In this document: piece by piece, positions 42,394-56,522 of the stretch | Numbering within the stretch: the first letter of the stretch is position 1 | Layout: each line of letters begins with the position of its first letter | Origin: the human T2T-CHM13v2.0 reference genome, Homo sapiens | DNA length: 64,000 bases | NCBI GenBank assembly: GCA_009914755.4 | Contig: CP086569.2 | Span: forward strand, 28,256,001-28,320,000 | Direction: 5' to 3' | The notes under the pieces: model-generated | The model's input: the letters and a program-made list of their open reading frames with translations, nothing else | Databases searched by the model: none | Told to the model about the DNA's origin: nothing | Program-made: the position numbers and the translations under genes

Positions 42394-45300
42394 CTCGAAT
42401 AGAATGGACACGAATGCTCAAATTGAATGGACTCGAATGGAATGGAAACGAAAGGAATGTCATCGAATGGAATTGAATCGATTGGAATGAAATCGCATAG
42501 AATGGAGTGGAATCAAATGGAATTGAATCGAAAGGAAAGGAAGCGAATGGACTGAAATGAAATGGAATGGAATTGAATGGAAAGTAAAGCAATGGAATAG
42601 AATGGAACGAAATTTCACGGAATGGAATCAAACTGAATGGAATCAAATCAATGGAATATAATCAAATGGAATGGAAAGGAATTGAATGGAGTAGATGGGA
42701 TTGGATGGGATTGGAATGAAATGTACTGGAAAGGACTCGAATTTCATGAAACGGAATGGAATGAATTGGAACGGAATGGACTCGAATGGAATGGAATGTC
42801 ATGGAATGGCATCAAATGGAAGGGCATCAAATGGAATGGAATCGAATGCAATGGAATGCTATGGAATGGAATGGAATGCATTGGAATGGAATGTCCTCTA
42901 ATGGAATGGATTCGAGTGGAATGGAATCGAATATAATGGAGTCGAATGAAATGGAATTGAAAGGAATGGGATCGAATACAATGGAATATACTGGAATGTA
43001 ATGTAATGAACTCGAATGTAATTGACTGGAATGGAATGTACATGAATGGAATGTAATCGAATGGAAAGTAATCCAATGGAATAGAATCTATGCAATAAAA
43101 TCGACTCAGATAGAGTAGAATGTAATGGAATGGAGTGCAGTGCAATGGAATGGAATGGAATGCAATGGAATGGAATGGAATGGGATGGAATGGTATGGAA
43201 TGGATAGTAATGGACTGGAGTGAAATGGACTGGAAAGGAATGGACTCAAATTAAAAGGGCTCGAAAGGAATGGAGTCAAATGGAATGGTCTGGAATGGAA
43301 TGAACACGAATGTAATGCAATCCAATAGAATGGAATCGAATGGCATGGAATATAAAGAAATGGAATCGAAGAGAATGGAAACAAACGGAATGGAATTGAA
43401 TGGAATGGAATTGAATGGAATGGGAACGAATGGAGTGAAATTGTATGCAGTAGAAGAGAATAGAATGGAATGCAAGCGAAAGGAAAGGAATGGATTGGAA
43501 TGGAATGGAATTCATTGGAATGGAAGGGAATGTAGTGTAATGGACAGGCCTGGAATAAAGTGGAATGCTACGGTCTCGAATGGAATAAAAATGTATGGAA
43601 TGGAATGCAAAGAAACGGAATCGAATGTCATAGAATGTAATGGAATGCAAAAAAATGGACTCCAAAATCATTGACTGGAAAGGCTGGGTGTCGAAAGGAA
43701 TTGACTCCAATGGAATGGAATCGAATGGAATGGAAGTGAATAGAATCGAACTAAATCGAATGGAATGGAATTGATAGGAACGGAATGGAAAGGAATGAAA
43801 TGATTTAGCATGGAATGGAATCGAATGGCATCGAATGGAATGGAATGGAATGCAATGCAATGGAATGTATTAGAATGTAATGAACTTTAATGGAATGTAC
43901 TCGAATGAATTCGACTGGAATGGAATGTTCTGGAAGTGAATGGACTCCAACGGAATGGATTGAAAAGGAATGGAATCGTACGGAATGGAATCTAATGGAA
44001 TGGAATTAAATGGAAATGAATCAAATTGAATAGCACGGAATTGAATTGAATGGAATCGAATGCAATGGAATCTAATGAAACGGAAAGGAAAGGAATGGAA
44101 TGGAATGGAATGGGCTGGAATGGAAAGGAATCGAAACGAATGGAATGGAATCGAACTGAAGAGACTGGAATGGAATGCACTGGAATGGAAGGGAGTGTAA
44201 TGGAAGGTTCTCGAAAAAAATGGAATCGAATGGAATGGAATTGAATGGAACGGAATAGAGTCGAATGGAATTGAATGGAATGGAATGGACTAGAGTGAAA
44301 TGGAATCGAACCACAAGGAATGGACAGGAATAGAATGGTCTCGAATTGAATGGAATCGTATGGAATGGCATCAAACGGAATGGAATGGACAGCCACGGAA
44401 TGGAATGCACTCGAATGCAATGGAGTCGAAACTAATGGACTGGAATAGAATGGACTCGACTGGTACGGACTCCAATGGAATGGAATCGAATGGAAGGGAA
44501 TCGAACGGAATGGACTCGAAGGGAAAAGACTGCAATGGAAAGGTCTCGAATGGAATGGAAATTAATGGAATGGAATGGAATCGAATGAAATGGAGTCAAA
44601 AGGAATGGAATCGAATGGCAAGAAATCGAATGTAATGGAATCGCAAGGAATTGATGTGAACGGAACGGAATGGAATGGAATCCAAAGAAATGGAATAGAA
44701 TGGAATGGAATCGAATGGAAAGAACTCGAATGGAAATCACTCGAATAGAATGCAATTTAATAAAATAGGATGAAATGTAATTGAATGGAATGGAAAGGAA
44801 TCGAAACGAAAGGAATGGAGACAGATGGAATGGAATGGAACAGAGAGCAATGGTATAGAATGGAATGGAATCATCTGGAATGGAATTGAATGGAATGGAA
44901 TAATATGAAATGGAATGGAATGGAATGGAATGCCCTTGAATTAAATGGACTGGAATGGAATGGACTCGAACAGAGTGGAATGGAATGTGTTGAGATAGAA
45001 TGGAATGGACTCCTTTGGAATGGTCTAGTATGCAATGCAATCGACTGGCAGGGAATCAAAAGGAATGTAATCGAATGGATTGGACTGGAATGCAATGGAC
45101 TCGAATAGATTGGAAACGGAATGCAAAGGAATGGAATGGAATAGTATGGAATGGAATGGAAAGGAATGGAGTGGAATAGACTAGAGTGGAATGGAATGGA
45201 CTCGAAAGCAATGGACTGGAATGGAACTTTCTTGAATGGACTGGAATCAAACGGAATGGAATGCAATGCAATCAAATGGCATGGAATAAAATAGAATGAA

Positions 45301-45921
45301 AGAGAATCAAATGGAATTGAATCGAATGCAATCGAATGGATTGGAAAGGAATAGAATGGAATGGAATGGAATTGACTCAAATGGAATGGACTAGAATGGA
45401 ATGGATTCGAATGGAAGGCAAAGGAATGGAATCTATTGGAATGCACAGCAATGGAATGGAAAGGAAGGGATTGGAATGGACTCGAATGGAATGGACTGCA
45501 ATAGAAAGGATTCGAATGGAATGAAAAAGAATTGAATGGAATAGAACAGAATGGAATCAAATCGAATGAAATGGAATGGAATAGAAAGGAATGGAATGAA
45601 ACGGAATGGAAAGGATTCGAATGGAATGCAATCGAATGGAATGGAATCGAACGGAATGGAATAAAATGGAAGAAAACTGGCAAGAAATGGAATCGAAATG
45701 AATGGAGTGTTATGGAACGGACTCCAAAGGAATTGAATGTAATAGAATGGAGTGGAGTGGACTCGAATATAATGGACTGGAATGGAATGAAATCACATGG
45801 AATGGGAACGAATGGAATGGAATGGAAAGGAATGGAATCGAATGGAAAGGAATCGAATGGAAGGGAATGAAATTGAATCAACAGGAATGGAAGGGAATAG
45901 AATAGACGGTAATGGAATGGA
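42394..45921 (+). repeat. HOR unit 13 (3528 bp)
   Basis: Anchor recurrence. Variant set matches unit 11 (the MEGHQ duplication). Private 2-bp deletion 'aatctatgcaataaaatcg' at ~43088. Confidence 0.9.
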
Positions 45922-48900
45922 CTCGAATAGAATGGACACGAATGCTCAAATTGAATGGACTCGAATGGAATGGAAACGAAAGGAATGTCATCGAATGGAA
46001 TTGAATCGATTGGAATGAAATCGCATAGAATGGAGTGGAATCAAATGGAATTGAATCGAAAGGAAAGGAAGCGAATGGACTGAAATGAAATGGAATGGAA
46101 TTGAATGGAAAGTAAAGCAATGGAATAGAATGGAACGAAATTTCACGGAATGGAATCAAACTGAATGGAATCAAATCAATGGAATATAATCAAATGGAAT
46201 GGAAAGGAATTGAATGGAGTAGATGTGATTGGATGGGATTGGAATGAAATGTACTGGAAAGGACTCGAATTTCATGAAACGGAATGGAATGAATTGGAAC
46301 GGAATGGACTCGAATGGAATGGAATGTCATGGAATGGCATCAAATGGAATGGCATCAAATGGAATGGAATCGAATGCAATGGAATGCTATGGAATGGAAT
46401 GGAATGCATTGGAATGGAATGTCCTCTAATGGAATGGATTCGAGTGGAATGGAATCGAATATAATGGAGTCGAATGAAATGAAATTGAAAGGAATGGGAT
46501 CGAATACAATGGAATATACTGGAATGTAATGTAATGAACTCGAATGTAATTGACTGGAATGGAATGTACATGAATGGAATGTAATCGAATGGAAAGTAAT
46601 CCAATGGAATAGAATCTAATGCAATAAAATCGACTCAGATAGAGTAGAATGTAATGGAATGGAGTGCAGTGCAATGGAATGGAATGGAATGGAATGGAAT
46701 GCAATGGAATGGAATGGAATGGAATGGAATGGAATGGGATGGAATGGTATGGAATGGATAGTAATGGACTGGAGTGAAATGGACTGGAAAGGAATGGACT
46801 CAAATTGAAAGGGCTCGAAAGGAATGGAGTCAAATGGAATGGTCTGGAATGGAATGAACACGAATGTAATGCAATCCAATAGAATGGAATCGAATGGCAT
46901 GGAATATAAAGAAATGGAATCGAAGAGAATGGAAACAAACGGAATGGAATTGAATGGAATGGAATTGAATGGAATGGGAACGAATGGAGTGAAATTGTAT
47001 GCAGTAGAAGAGAATAGAATGGAATGCAAGCGAAAGGAAAGGAATGGATTGGAATGGAATGGAATTCATTGGAATGGAAGGGAATGTAGTGTAATGGACA
47101 GGCCTGGAATAAAGTGGAATGCTACGGTCTCGAATGGAATAAAAATGTATGGAATGGAATGCAAAGAAACGGAATTGAATGTCATAGAATGTAATGGAAT
47201 GCAAAAAAATGGACTCCAAAATCATTGACTGGAAAGGCTGGGTGTCGAAAGGAATTGACTCCAATGGAATGGAATCGAATGGAATGGAAGTGAATAGAAT
47301 CGAACTAAATCGAATGGAATGGAATTGATAGGAACGGAATGGAAAGGAATGAAATGATTTGGCATGGAATGGAATCGAATGGCATCGAATGGAATGGAAT
47401 GGAATGCAATGCAATGGAATGTATTAGAATGTAATGAACTTTAATGGAATGTACTCGAATGGATTCGACTGGAATGGAATGTTCTGGAAGTGAATGGACT
47501 CCAATGGAATGGATTGAAAAGGAATGGAATCGTACGGAATGGAATCTAATGGAATGGAATTAAATGGAAATGAATGAAATTGAATAGCACGGAATTGAAT
47601 TGAATGGAATCGAATGCAATGGAATCTAATGAAACGGAAAGGAAAGGAATGGAATGGAATGGGCTGGAATGGAAAGGAATCGAAACGAATGGAATGGAAT
47701 CGAACTGAAGAGACTGGAATGGAATGCACTGGAATGGAAGGGAGTGTAATGGAAGGTTCTCGAAATAAATGGAATCGAATGGAATGGAATTGAATGGAAC
47801 GGAATAGAGTCGAATGGAATTGAATGGAATGGAATGGACTAGAGTGAAATGGAATCGAACCACAAGGAATGGACAGGAATAGAATGGTCTCGAATTGAAT
47901 GGAATCGTATGGAATGGCATCAAACGGAATGGAATGGACAGCCACGGAATGGAATGCACTCGAATGCAATGGAGTCGAACCTAATGGACTGGAATAGAAT
48001 GGACTCGACTGGTACGGACTCCAATGGAATGGAATCGAATGGAAGGGAATCGAACGGAATGGACTCGAAGGGAAAATACTGCAATGGAAAGGCCTCGAAT
48101 GGAATGGAAATTAATGGAATGGAATGGAATCGAATGAAATGGAGTCAAAAGGAATGGAATCGAATGGCAAGAAATCGAATGTAATGGAATCGCAAGGAAT
48201 TGATGTGAACGGAACGGAATGGAATGGAATCCAAAGAAATGGAATAGAATGGAATGGAATCGAATGGAAAGAACTCGAATGGAAATCACTCGAATAGAAT
48301 GCAATTTAATAAAATAGGATGAAATGTAATTGAATGGAATGGAAAGGAATCGAAACGAAAGGAATGGAGACAGATGGAATGGAATGGAACAGAGAGCAAT
48401 GGTATAGAATGGAATGGAATCATCTGGAATGGAATTGAATGGAATGGAATAATATGAAATGGAATGGAATGGAATGGAATGCCCTTGAATTAAATGGACT
48501 GGAATGGAATGGACTCGAACAGAGTGGAATGGAAAGTGTTGAGATAGAATGGAATGGACTGCTTTGGAATGGTCTAGTATGCAATGCAATGGACTGGCAG
48601 GGAATCAAAAGGAATGTAATCGAATGGATTGGACTGGAATGCAATGGACTCGAATAGATTGGAAACCGAATGCAAAGGAATGGAATGGAATAGTATGGAA
48701 TGGAATGGAAAGGAATGGAGTGGAATAGACTAGAGTGGAATGGAATGGACTCGAAAGCAATGGACTGGAATGGAACTTTCTTGAATGGACTGGAATCAAA
48801 CGGAATGGAATGCAATGCAATCAAATGGCATGGAATAAAATAGAATGAAAGAGAATCAAATGGAATTGAATTGAATGCAATCGAATGGATTGGAAAGGAA

Positions 48901-49470
48901 TAGAATGGAATGGAATGGAATTGACTCAAATGGAATGGACTAGAATGGAATGGATTCGAATGGAAGGCAAAGGAATGGAATCTATTGGAATGGACAGCAA
49001 TGGAATGGAAAGGAAGGGATTGGAATGGACTCGAATGGAATGGACTGCAATAGAAAGGATTCGAATGGAATGAAAAAGAATTGAATGGAATAGAACAGAA
49101 TGGAATCAAATCGAATGAAATGGAATGGAATAGAAAGGAATGGAATGAAATGGAATGGAAAGGATTCGAATGGAATGCAATCGAATGGAATGGAATCGAA
49201 CGGAATGGAATAAAATGGAAGAAAACTGGCAAGAAATGGAATCGAAATGAATGGAGTGTTATGGAACGGACTCCAAAGGAATTGAATGTAATAGAATGGA
49301 GTGGAGTGGACTCGAATATAATGGACTGGAATGGAATGAAATCACATGGAATGGGAACGAATGGAATGGAATGGAAAGGAATGGAATCCAATGGAAAGGA
49401 ATCGAATGGAAGGGAATGAAATTGAATCAACAGGAATGGAAGGGAATAGAATAGACGGTAATGGAATGGA
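45922..49470 (+). repeat. HOR unit 14 (3549 bp)
   Basis: Anchor recurrence. 15-bp duplication plus 3 extra pentamers in the pure tract (46670-46760). New GGCC site 'aaaggcctcgaatgg' at ~48089. 'ggactgctttgg' is shared with units 16 and 18; 'ggaaaccgaatg' with unit 16. Confidence 0.9.
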
Positions 49471-52400
49471 CTCGAATAGAATGGACACGAATGCTCAAAT
49501 TGAATGGACTCGAATGGAATGGAAACGAAAGGAATGTCATCGAATGGAATTGAATTGATTGGAATGAAATCGCATAGAATGGAGTGGAATCAAATGGAAT
49601 TGAATCGAAAGGAAAGGAAGCGAATGGACTGAAATGAAATGGAATGGAATTGAATGGAAAGTAAAGCAATGGAATAGAATGGAACGAAATTTCACGGAAT
49701 GGAATCAAACTGAATGGAATCAAATCAATGGAATATAATCAAATGGAATGGAAAGGAATTGAATGGAGTAGATGGGATTGGATGGGATTGGAATGAAATG
49801 TACTGGAAAGGACTCGAATTTCATGAAACGGAATGGAATGAATTGGAACGGAATGGACTCGAATGGAATGGAATGTCATGGAATGGCATCAAATGGAATG
49901 GCATCAAATGGAATGGAATCGAATGCAATGGAATGCTATGGAATGGAATGGAATGCATTGGAATGGAATGTCCTCTAATGGAATGGATTCGAGTGGAATG
50001 GAATCGAATATAATGGAGTCGAATGAAATGAAATTGAAAGGAATGGGATCGAATACAATGGAATATACTGGAATGTAATGTAATGAACTCGAATGTAATT
50101 GACTGGAATGGAATGTACATGAATGGAATGTAATCGAATGGAAAGTAATCCAATGGAATAGAATCTAATGCAATAAAATCGACTCAGATAGAGTAGAATG
50201 TAATGGAATGGAGTGCAGTGCAATGGAATGGAATGGAATGGAATGCAATGGAATGGAATGGAATGGGATGGAATGGTATGGAATGGATAGTAATGGACTG
50301 GAGGGAAATGGACTGGAAAGGAATGGACTCAAATTGAAAGGGCTCGAAAGGAATGGAGTCAAATGGAATGGTCTGGAATGGAATGAACACGAATGTAATG
50401 CAATCCAATAGAATGGAATCGAATGGCATGGAATATAAAGAAATAGAATCGAAGAGAATGGAAACAAACGGAATGGAATTGAATGGAATGGGAACGAATG
50501 GAGTGAAATTGTATGCAGTAGAAGAGAATAGAATGGAATGCAAGCGAAAGGAAAGGAATGGATTGGAATGGAATGGAATTCATTGGAATGGAAGGGAATG
50601 TAGTGTAATGGACAGGCCTGGAATAAAGTGGAATGCTACGGTCTCGAATGGAATAAAAATGTATGGAATGGAATGCAAAGAAACGGAATCGAATGTCATA
50701 TAATGTAATGGAATGCAAAAAAATGGACTCCAAAATCATTGACTGGAAAGGCTGGGTGTCGAAAGAATTGACTCCAATGGAATGGAATCGAATGGAATGG
50801 AAGTGAATAGAATCGAACTAAATCGAATGGAATGGAATTGATAGGAACGGAATGGAAAGGAATGAAATGATTTGGCATGGAATGGAATCGAATGGCATCG
50901 AATGGAATGGAATGGAATGCAATGCAATGGAATGTATTAGAATGTAATGAACTTTAATGGAATGTACTCGAATGGATTCGACTGGAATGGAATGTTCTGG
51001 AAGTGAATGGACTCCAATGGAATGGATTGAAAAGGAATGGAATCGTACGGAATGGAATCTAATGGAATGGAATTAAATGGAAATGAATGAAATTGAATAG
51101 CACGGAATTGAATTGAATGGAATCGAATGCAATGGAATCTAATGAAACGGAAAGGAAAGGAATGGAATGGAATGGAATGGGCTGGAATGGAAAGGAATCG
51201 AAACGAATGGAATGGAATCGAACTGAAGAGACTGGAATGGAATGCACTGGAATGGAAGGGAGTGTAATGGAAGGTTCTCGAAAAAAATGGAATCGAATGG
51301 AATGGAATTGAATGGAACGGAATAGAGTCGAATGGAATTGAATGGAATGGAATGGGCTAGAGTGAAATGGAATCGAACCACAAGGAATGGACAGGAATAG
51401 AATGGTCTCGAATTGAATGGAATCGTATGGAATGGCATCAAACGGAATGGAATGGACAGCCACGGAATGGAATGCACTCGAATGCAATGGAGTCGAACCT
51501 AATGGACTGGAATAGAATGGACTCGACTGGTACGGACTCCAATGGAATGGAATCGAATGGAAGGGAATCGAACGGAATGGACTCGAAGGGAAAAGACTGC
51601 AATGGAAAGGTCTCGAATGGAATGGAAATCAATGGAATGGAATGGAATCGAATGAAATGGAGTCAAAAGGAATGGAATCGAATGGCAAGAAATCGAATGT
51701 AATGGAATCGCAAGGAATTGATGTGAACGGAACGGAATGGAATGGAATCCAAAGAAATGGAATAGAATGGAATGGAATCGAATGGAAAGAACTCGAATGG
51801 AAATCACTCGAATAGAATGCAATTTAATAAAATAGGATGAAATGTAATTGAATGGAATGGAAAGGAATCGAAACGAAAGGAATGGAGACAGATGGAATGG
51901 AATGGAACAGAGAGCAATGGTATAGAATGGAATGGAATCATCTGGAATGGAATTGAATGGAATGGAATAATATGAAATGGAATGGAATGGAATGGAATGC
52001 CCTTGAATTAAATGGACTGGAATGGAATGGACTCGAACAGAGTGGAATGGAAAGTGTTGAGATAGAATGGAATGGACTCCTTTGGAATGGTCTAGTATGC
52101 AATGCAATGGACTGGCAGGGAATCAAAAGGAATGTAATCGAATGGATTGGACTGGAATGCAATGGACTCGAATAGATTGGAAACGGAATGCAAAGGAATG
52201 GAATGGAATAGTATGGAATGGAATGGAAAGGAATGGAGTGGAATAGACTAGAGTGGAATGGAATGGACTCGAAAGCAATGGACTGGAATGGAACTTTCTT
52301 GAATGGACTGGAATCAAACGGAATGGAATGCAATGCAATCAAATGGCATGGAATAAAATAGAATGAAAGAGAATCAAATGGAATTGAATCGAATGCAATC

Positions 52401-52988
52401 GAATGGATTGGAAAGGAATAGAATGGAATGGAATGGAATTGACTCAAATGGAATGGACTAGAATGGAATGGATTCGAATGGAAGGCAAAGGAATGGAATC
52501 TATTGGAATGGACAGCAATGGAATGGAAAGGAAGGGATTGGAATGGACTCGAATGGAATGGACTGCAATAGAAAGGATTCGAATGGAATGAAAAAGAATT
52601 GAATGGAATAGAACAGAATGGAATCAAATCGAATGAAATGGAATGGAATAGAAAGGAATGGAATGAAATGGAATGGAAAGGATTCGAATGGAATGCAATC
52701 GAATGGAATGGAATCGAACGGAATGGAATAAAATGGAAGAAAACTGGCAAGAAATGGAATCGAAATGAATGGAGTGTTATGGAACGGACTCAAAAGGAAT
52801 TGAATGTAATAGAATGGAGTGGAGTGGACTCGAATATAATGGACTGGAATGGAATGAAATCACATGGAATGGGAACGAATGGAATGGAATGGAAAGGAAT
52901 GGAATCCAATGGAAAGGAATCGAATGGAAGGGAATGAAATTGAATCAACAGGAATGGAAGGGAATAGAATAGACGGTAATGGAATGGA
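49471..52988 (+). repeat. HOR unit 15 (3518 bp)
   Basis: Anchor recurrence. Has the 15-bp duplication, a 15-bp deletion ('ggaattgaatggaat' lost, ~50470), a 1-bp deletion 'gtcgaaagaattgactcc' (~50761) and 'catataatgtaatgg' (~50699). All of these are shared with unit 17. Confidence 0.9.
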
Positions 52989-55900
52989 CTCGAATAGAAT
53001 GGACACGAATGCTCAAATTGAATGGACTCGAATGGAATGGAAACGAAAGGAATGTCATCGAATGGAATTGAATCGATTGGAATGAAATCGCATAGAATGG
53101 AGTGGAATCAAATGGAATTGAATCGAAAGGAAAGGAAGCGAATGGACTGAAATGAAATGGAATGGAATTGAATGGAAAGTAAAGCAATGGAATAGAATGG
53201 AACGAAATTTCACGGAATGGAATCAAACTGAATGGAATCAAATCAATGGAATATAATCAAACGGAATGGAAAGGAATTGAATGGAGTAGATGGGATTGGA
53301 TGGGATTGGAATGAAATGTACTGGAAAGGACTCGAATTTCATGAAACGGAATGGAATGAATTGGAACGGAATGGACTCGAATGGAATGGAATGTCATGGA
53401 ATGGCATCAAATGGAATGGCATCAAATGGAATGGAATCGAATGCAATGGAATGCTATGGAATGGAATGGAATGCATTGGAATGGAATGTCCTCTAATGGA
53501 ATGGATTCGAGTGGAATGGAATCGAATATAATGGAGTCGAATGAAATGGAATTGAAAGGAATGGGATCGAATACAATGGAATATACTGGAATGTAATGTA
53601 ATGAACTCCAATGTAATTGACTGGAATGGAATGTACATGAATGGAATGTAATCGAATGGAAAGTAATCCAATGGAATAGAATCTAATGCAATAAAATCGA
53701 CTCAGATAGAGTAGAATGTAATGGAATGGAGTGCAGTGCAATGGAATGGAATGGAATGGAATGCAATGGAATGGAATGGAATGGGATGGAATGGTATGGA
53801 ATGGATAGTAATGGACTGGAGTGAAATGGACTGGAAAGGAATGGACTCAAATTGAAAGGGCTCGAAAGGAATGGAGTCAAATGGAATGGTCTGGAATGGA
53901 ATGAACAAGAATGTAATGCAATCCAATAGAATGGAATCGAATGGCATGGAATATAAAGAAATGGAATCGAAGAGAATGGAAACAAACGGAATGGAATTGA
54001 ATGGAATGGAATTGAATGGAATGGGAACGAATGGAGTGAAATTGTATGCAGTAGAAGAGAATAGAATGGAATGCAAGCGAAAGGAAAGGAATGGATTGGA
54101 ATGGAATGGAATTCATTGGAATGGAAGGGAATGTAGTGTAATGGACAGGCCTGGAATAAAGTGGAATGCTACGGTCTCGAATGGAATAAAAATGTATGGA
54201 ATGGAATGCAAAGAAACGGAATCGAATGTCATAGAATGTAATGGAATGCAAAAAAATGGACTCCAAAATCATTGACTGGAAAGGCTGGGTGTCGAAAGGA
54301 ATTGACTCCAATGGAATGGAATCGAATGGAATGGAAGTGAATAGAATCGAACTAAATCGAATGGAATGGAATTGATAGGAACGGAATGGAAAGGAATGAA
54401 ATGATTTAGCATGGAATGGAATCGAATGGCATCGAATGGAATGGAATGGAATGCAACGCAATGGAATGTATTAGAATGTAATGAACTTTAATGGAATGTA
54501 CTCGAATGGATTCGACTGGAATGGAATGTTCTGGAAGTGAATGGACTCCAATGGAATGGATTGAAAAGGAATGGAATCGTACGGAATGGAATCTAATGGA
54601 ATGGAATTAAATGGAAATGAATGAAATTGAATAGCACGGAATTGAATTGAATGGAATCGAATGCAATGGAATCTAATGAAACGGAAAGGAAAGGAATGGA
54701 ATGGAATGGAATGGGCTGGAATGGAAAGGAATCGAAACGAATGGAATGGAATCGAACTGAAGAGACTGGAATGGAATGCACTGGAATGGAAGGGAGTGTA
54801 ATGGAAGGTTCTCGAAATAAATGGAATCGAATGGAATGGAATTGAATGGAACGGAATAGAGTCGAATGGAATTGAATGGAATGGAATGGACTAGAGTGAA
54901 ATGGAATCGAACCACAAGGAATGGACAGGAATAGAATGGTCTCGAATTGAATGGAATCGTATGGAATGGCATCAAACGGAATGGAATGGACAGCCACGGA
55001 ATGGAATGCACTCGAATGCAATGGAGTCGAACCTAATGGACTGGAATAGAATGGACTCGACTGGTACGGACTCCAATGGAATGGAATCGAATGGAAGGGA
55101 ATCGAACGGAATGGACTCGAAGGGAAAAGACTGCAATGGAAAGGTCTCGAATGGAATGGAAATTAATGGAATGGAATGGAATCGAATGAAATGGAGTCAA
55201 AAGGAATGGAATCGAATGGCAAGAAATCGAATGTAATGGAATCGCAAGGAATTGATGTGAACGGAACGGAATGGAATGGAATCCAAAGAAATGGAATAGA
55301 ATGGAATGGAATCGAATGGAAAGAACTCGAATGGAAATCACTCGAATAGAATGCAATTTAATAAAATAGGATGAAATGTAATTGAATGGAATGGAAAGGA
55401 ATCGAAACGAAAGGAATGGAGACAGATGGAATGGAATGGAACAGAGAGCAATGGTATAGAATGGAATGGAATCATCTGGAATGGAATTGAATGGAATGGA
55501 ATAATATGAAATGGAATGGAATGGAATGGAATGCCCTTGAATTAAATGGACTGGAATGGAATGGACTCGAACAGAGTGGAATGGAAAGTGTTGAGATAGA
55601 ATGGAATGGACTGCTTTGGAATGGTCTAGTATGCAATGCAATGGACTGGCAGGGAATCAAAAGGAATGTAATCGAATGGATTGGACTGGAATGCAATGGA
55701 CTGGAATAGATTGGAAACCGAATGCAAAGGAATGGAATGGAATAGTATGGAATGGAATGGAAAGGAATGGAGTGGAATAGACTAGAGTGGAATGGAATGG
55801 ACTCGAAAGGAATGGACTGGAATGGAACTTTCTTGAATGGACTGGAATCAAACGGAATGGAATGCAATGCAATCAAATGGCATGGAATAAAATAGAATGA

Positions 55901-56522
55901 AAGAGAATCAAATGGAATTGAATTGAATGCAATCGAATGGATTGGAAAGGAATAGAATGGAATGGAATGGAATTGACTCAAATGGAATGGACTAGAATGG
56001 AATGGATTCGAATGGAAGGCAAAGGAATGGAATCTATTGGAATGGACAGCAATGGAATGGAAAGGAAGGGATTGGAATGGACTCGAATGGAATGGACTGC
56101 AATAGAAAGGATTCGAATGGAATGAAAAAGAATTGAATGGAATAGAACAGAATGGAATCAAATCGAATGAAATGGAATGGAATAGAAAGGAATGGAATGA
56201 AATGGAATGGAAAGGATTCGAATGGAATGCAATCGAATGGAATGGAATCGAACGGAATGGAATAAAATGGAAGAAAACTGGCAAGAAATGGAATCGAAAT
56301 GAATGGAGTGTTATGGAACGGACTCCAAAGGAATTGAATGTAATAGAATGGAGTGGAGTGGACTCGAATATAATGGACTGGAATGGAATGAAATCACATG
56401 GAATGGGAACGAATGGAATGGAATGGAAAGGAATGGAATCGAATGGAAAGGAATCGAATGGAAGGGAATGAAATTGAATCAACAGGAATGGAAGGGAATA
56501 GAATAGACGGTAATGGAATGGA
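52989..56522 (+). repeat. HOR unit 16 (3534 bp)
   Basis: Anchor recurrence. 15-bp duplication; variant set matches units 14 and 18. Confidence 0.9.
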
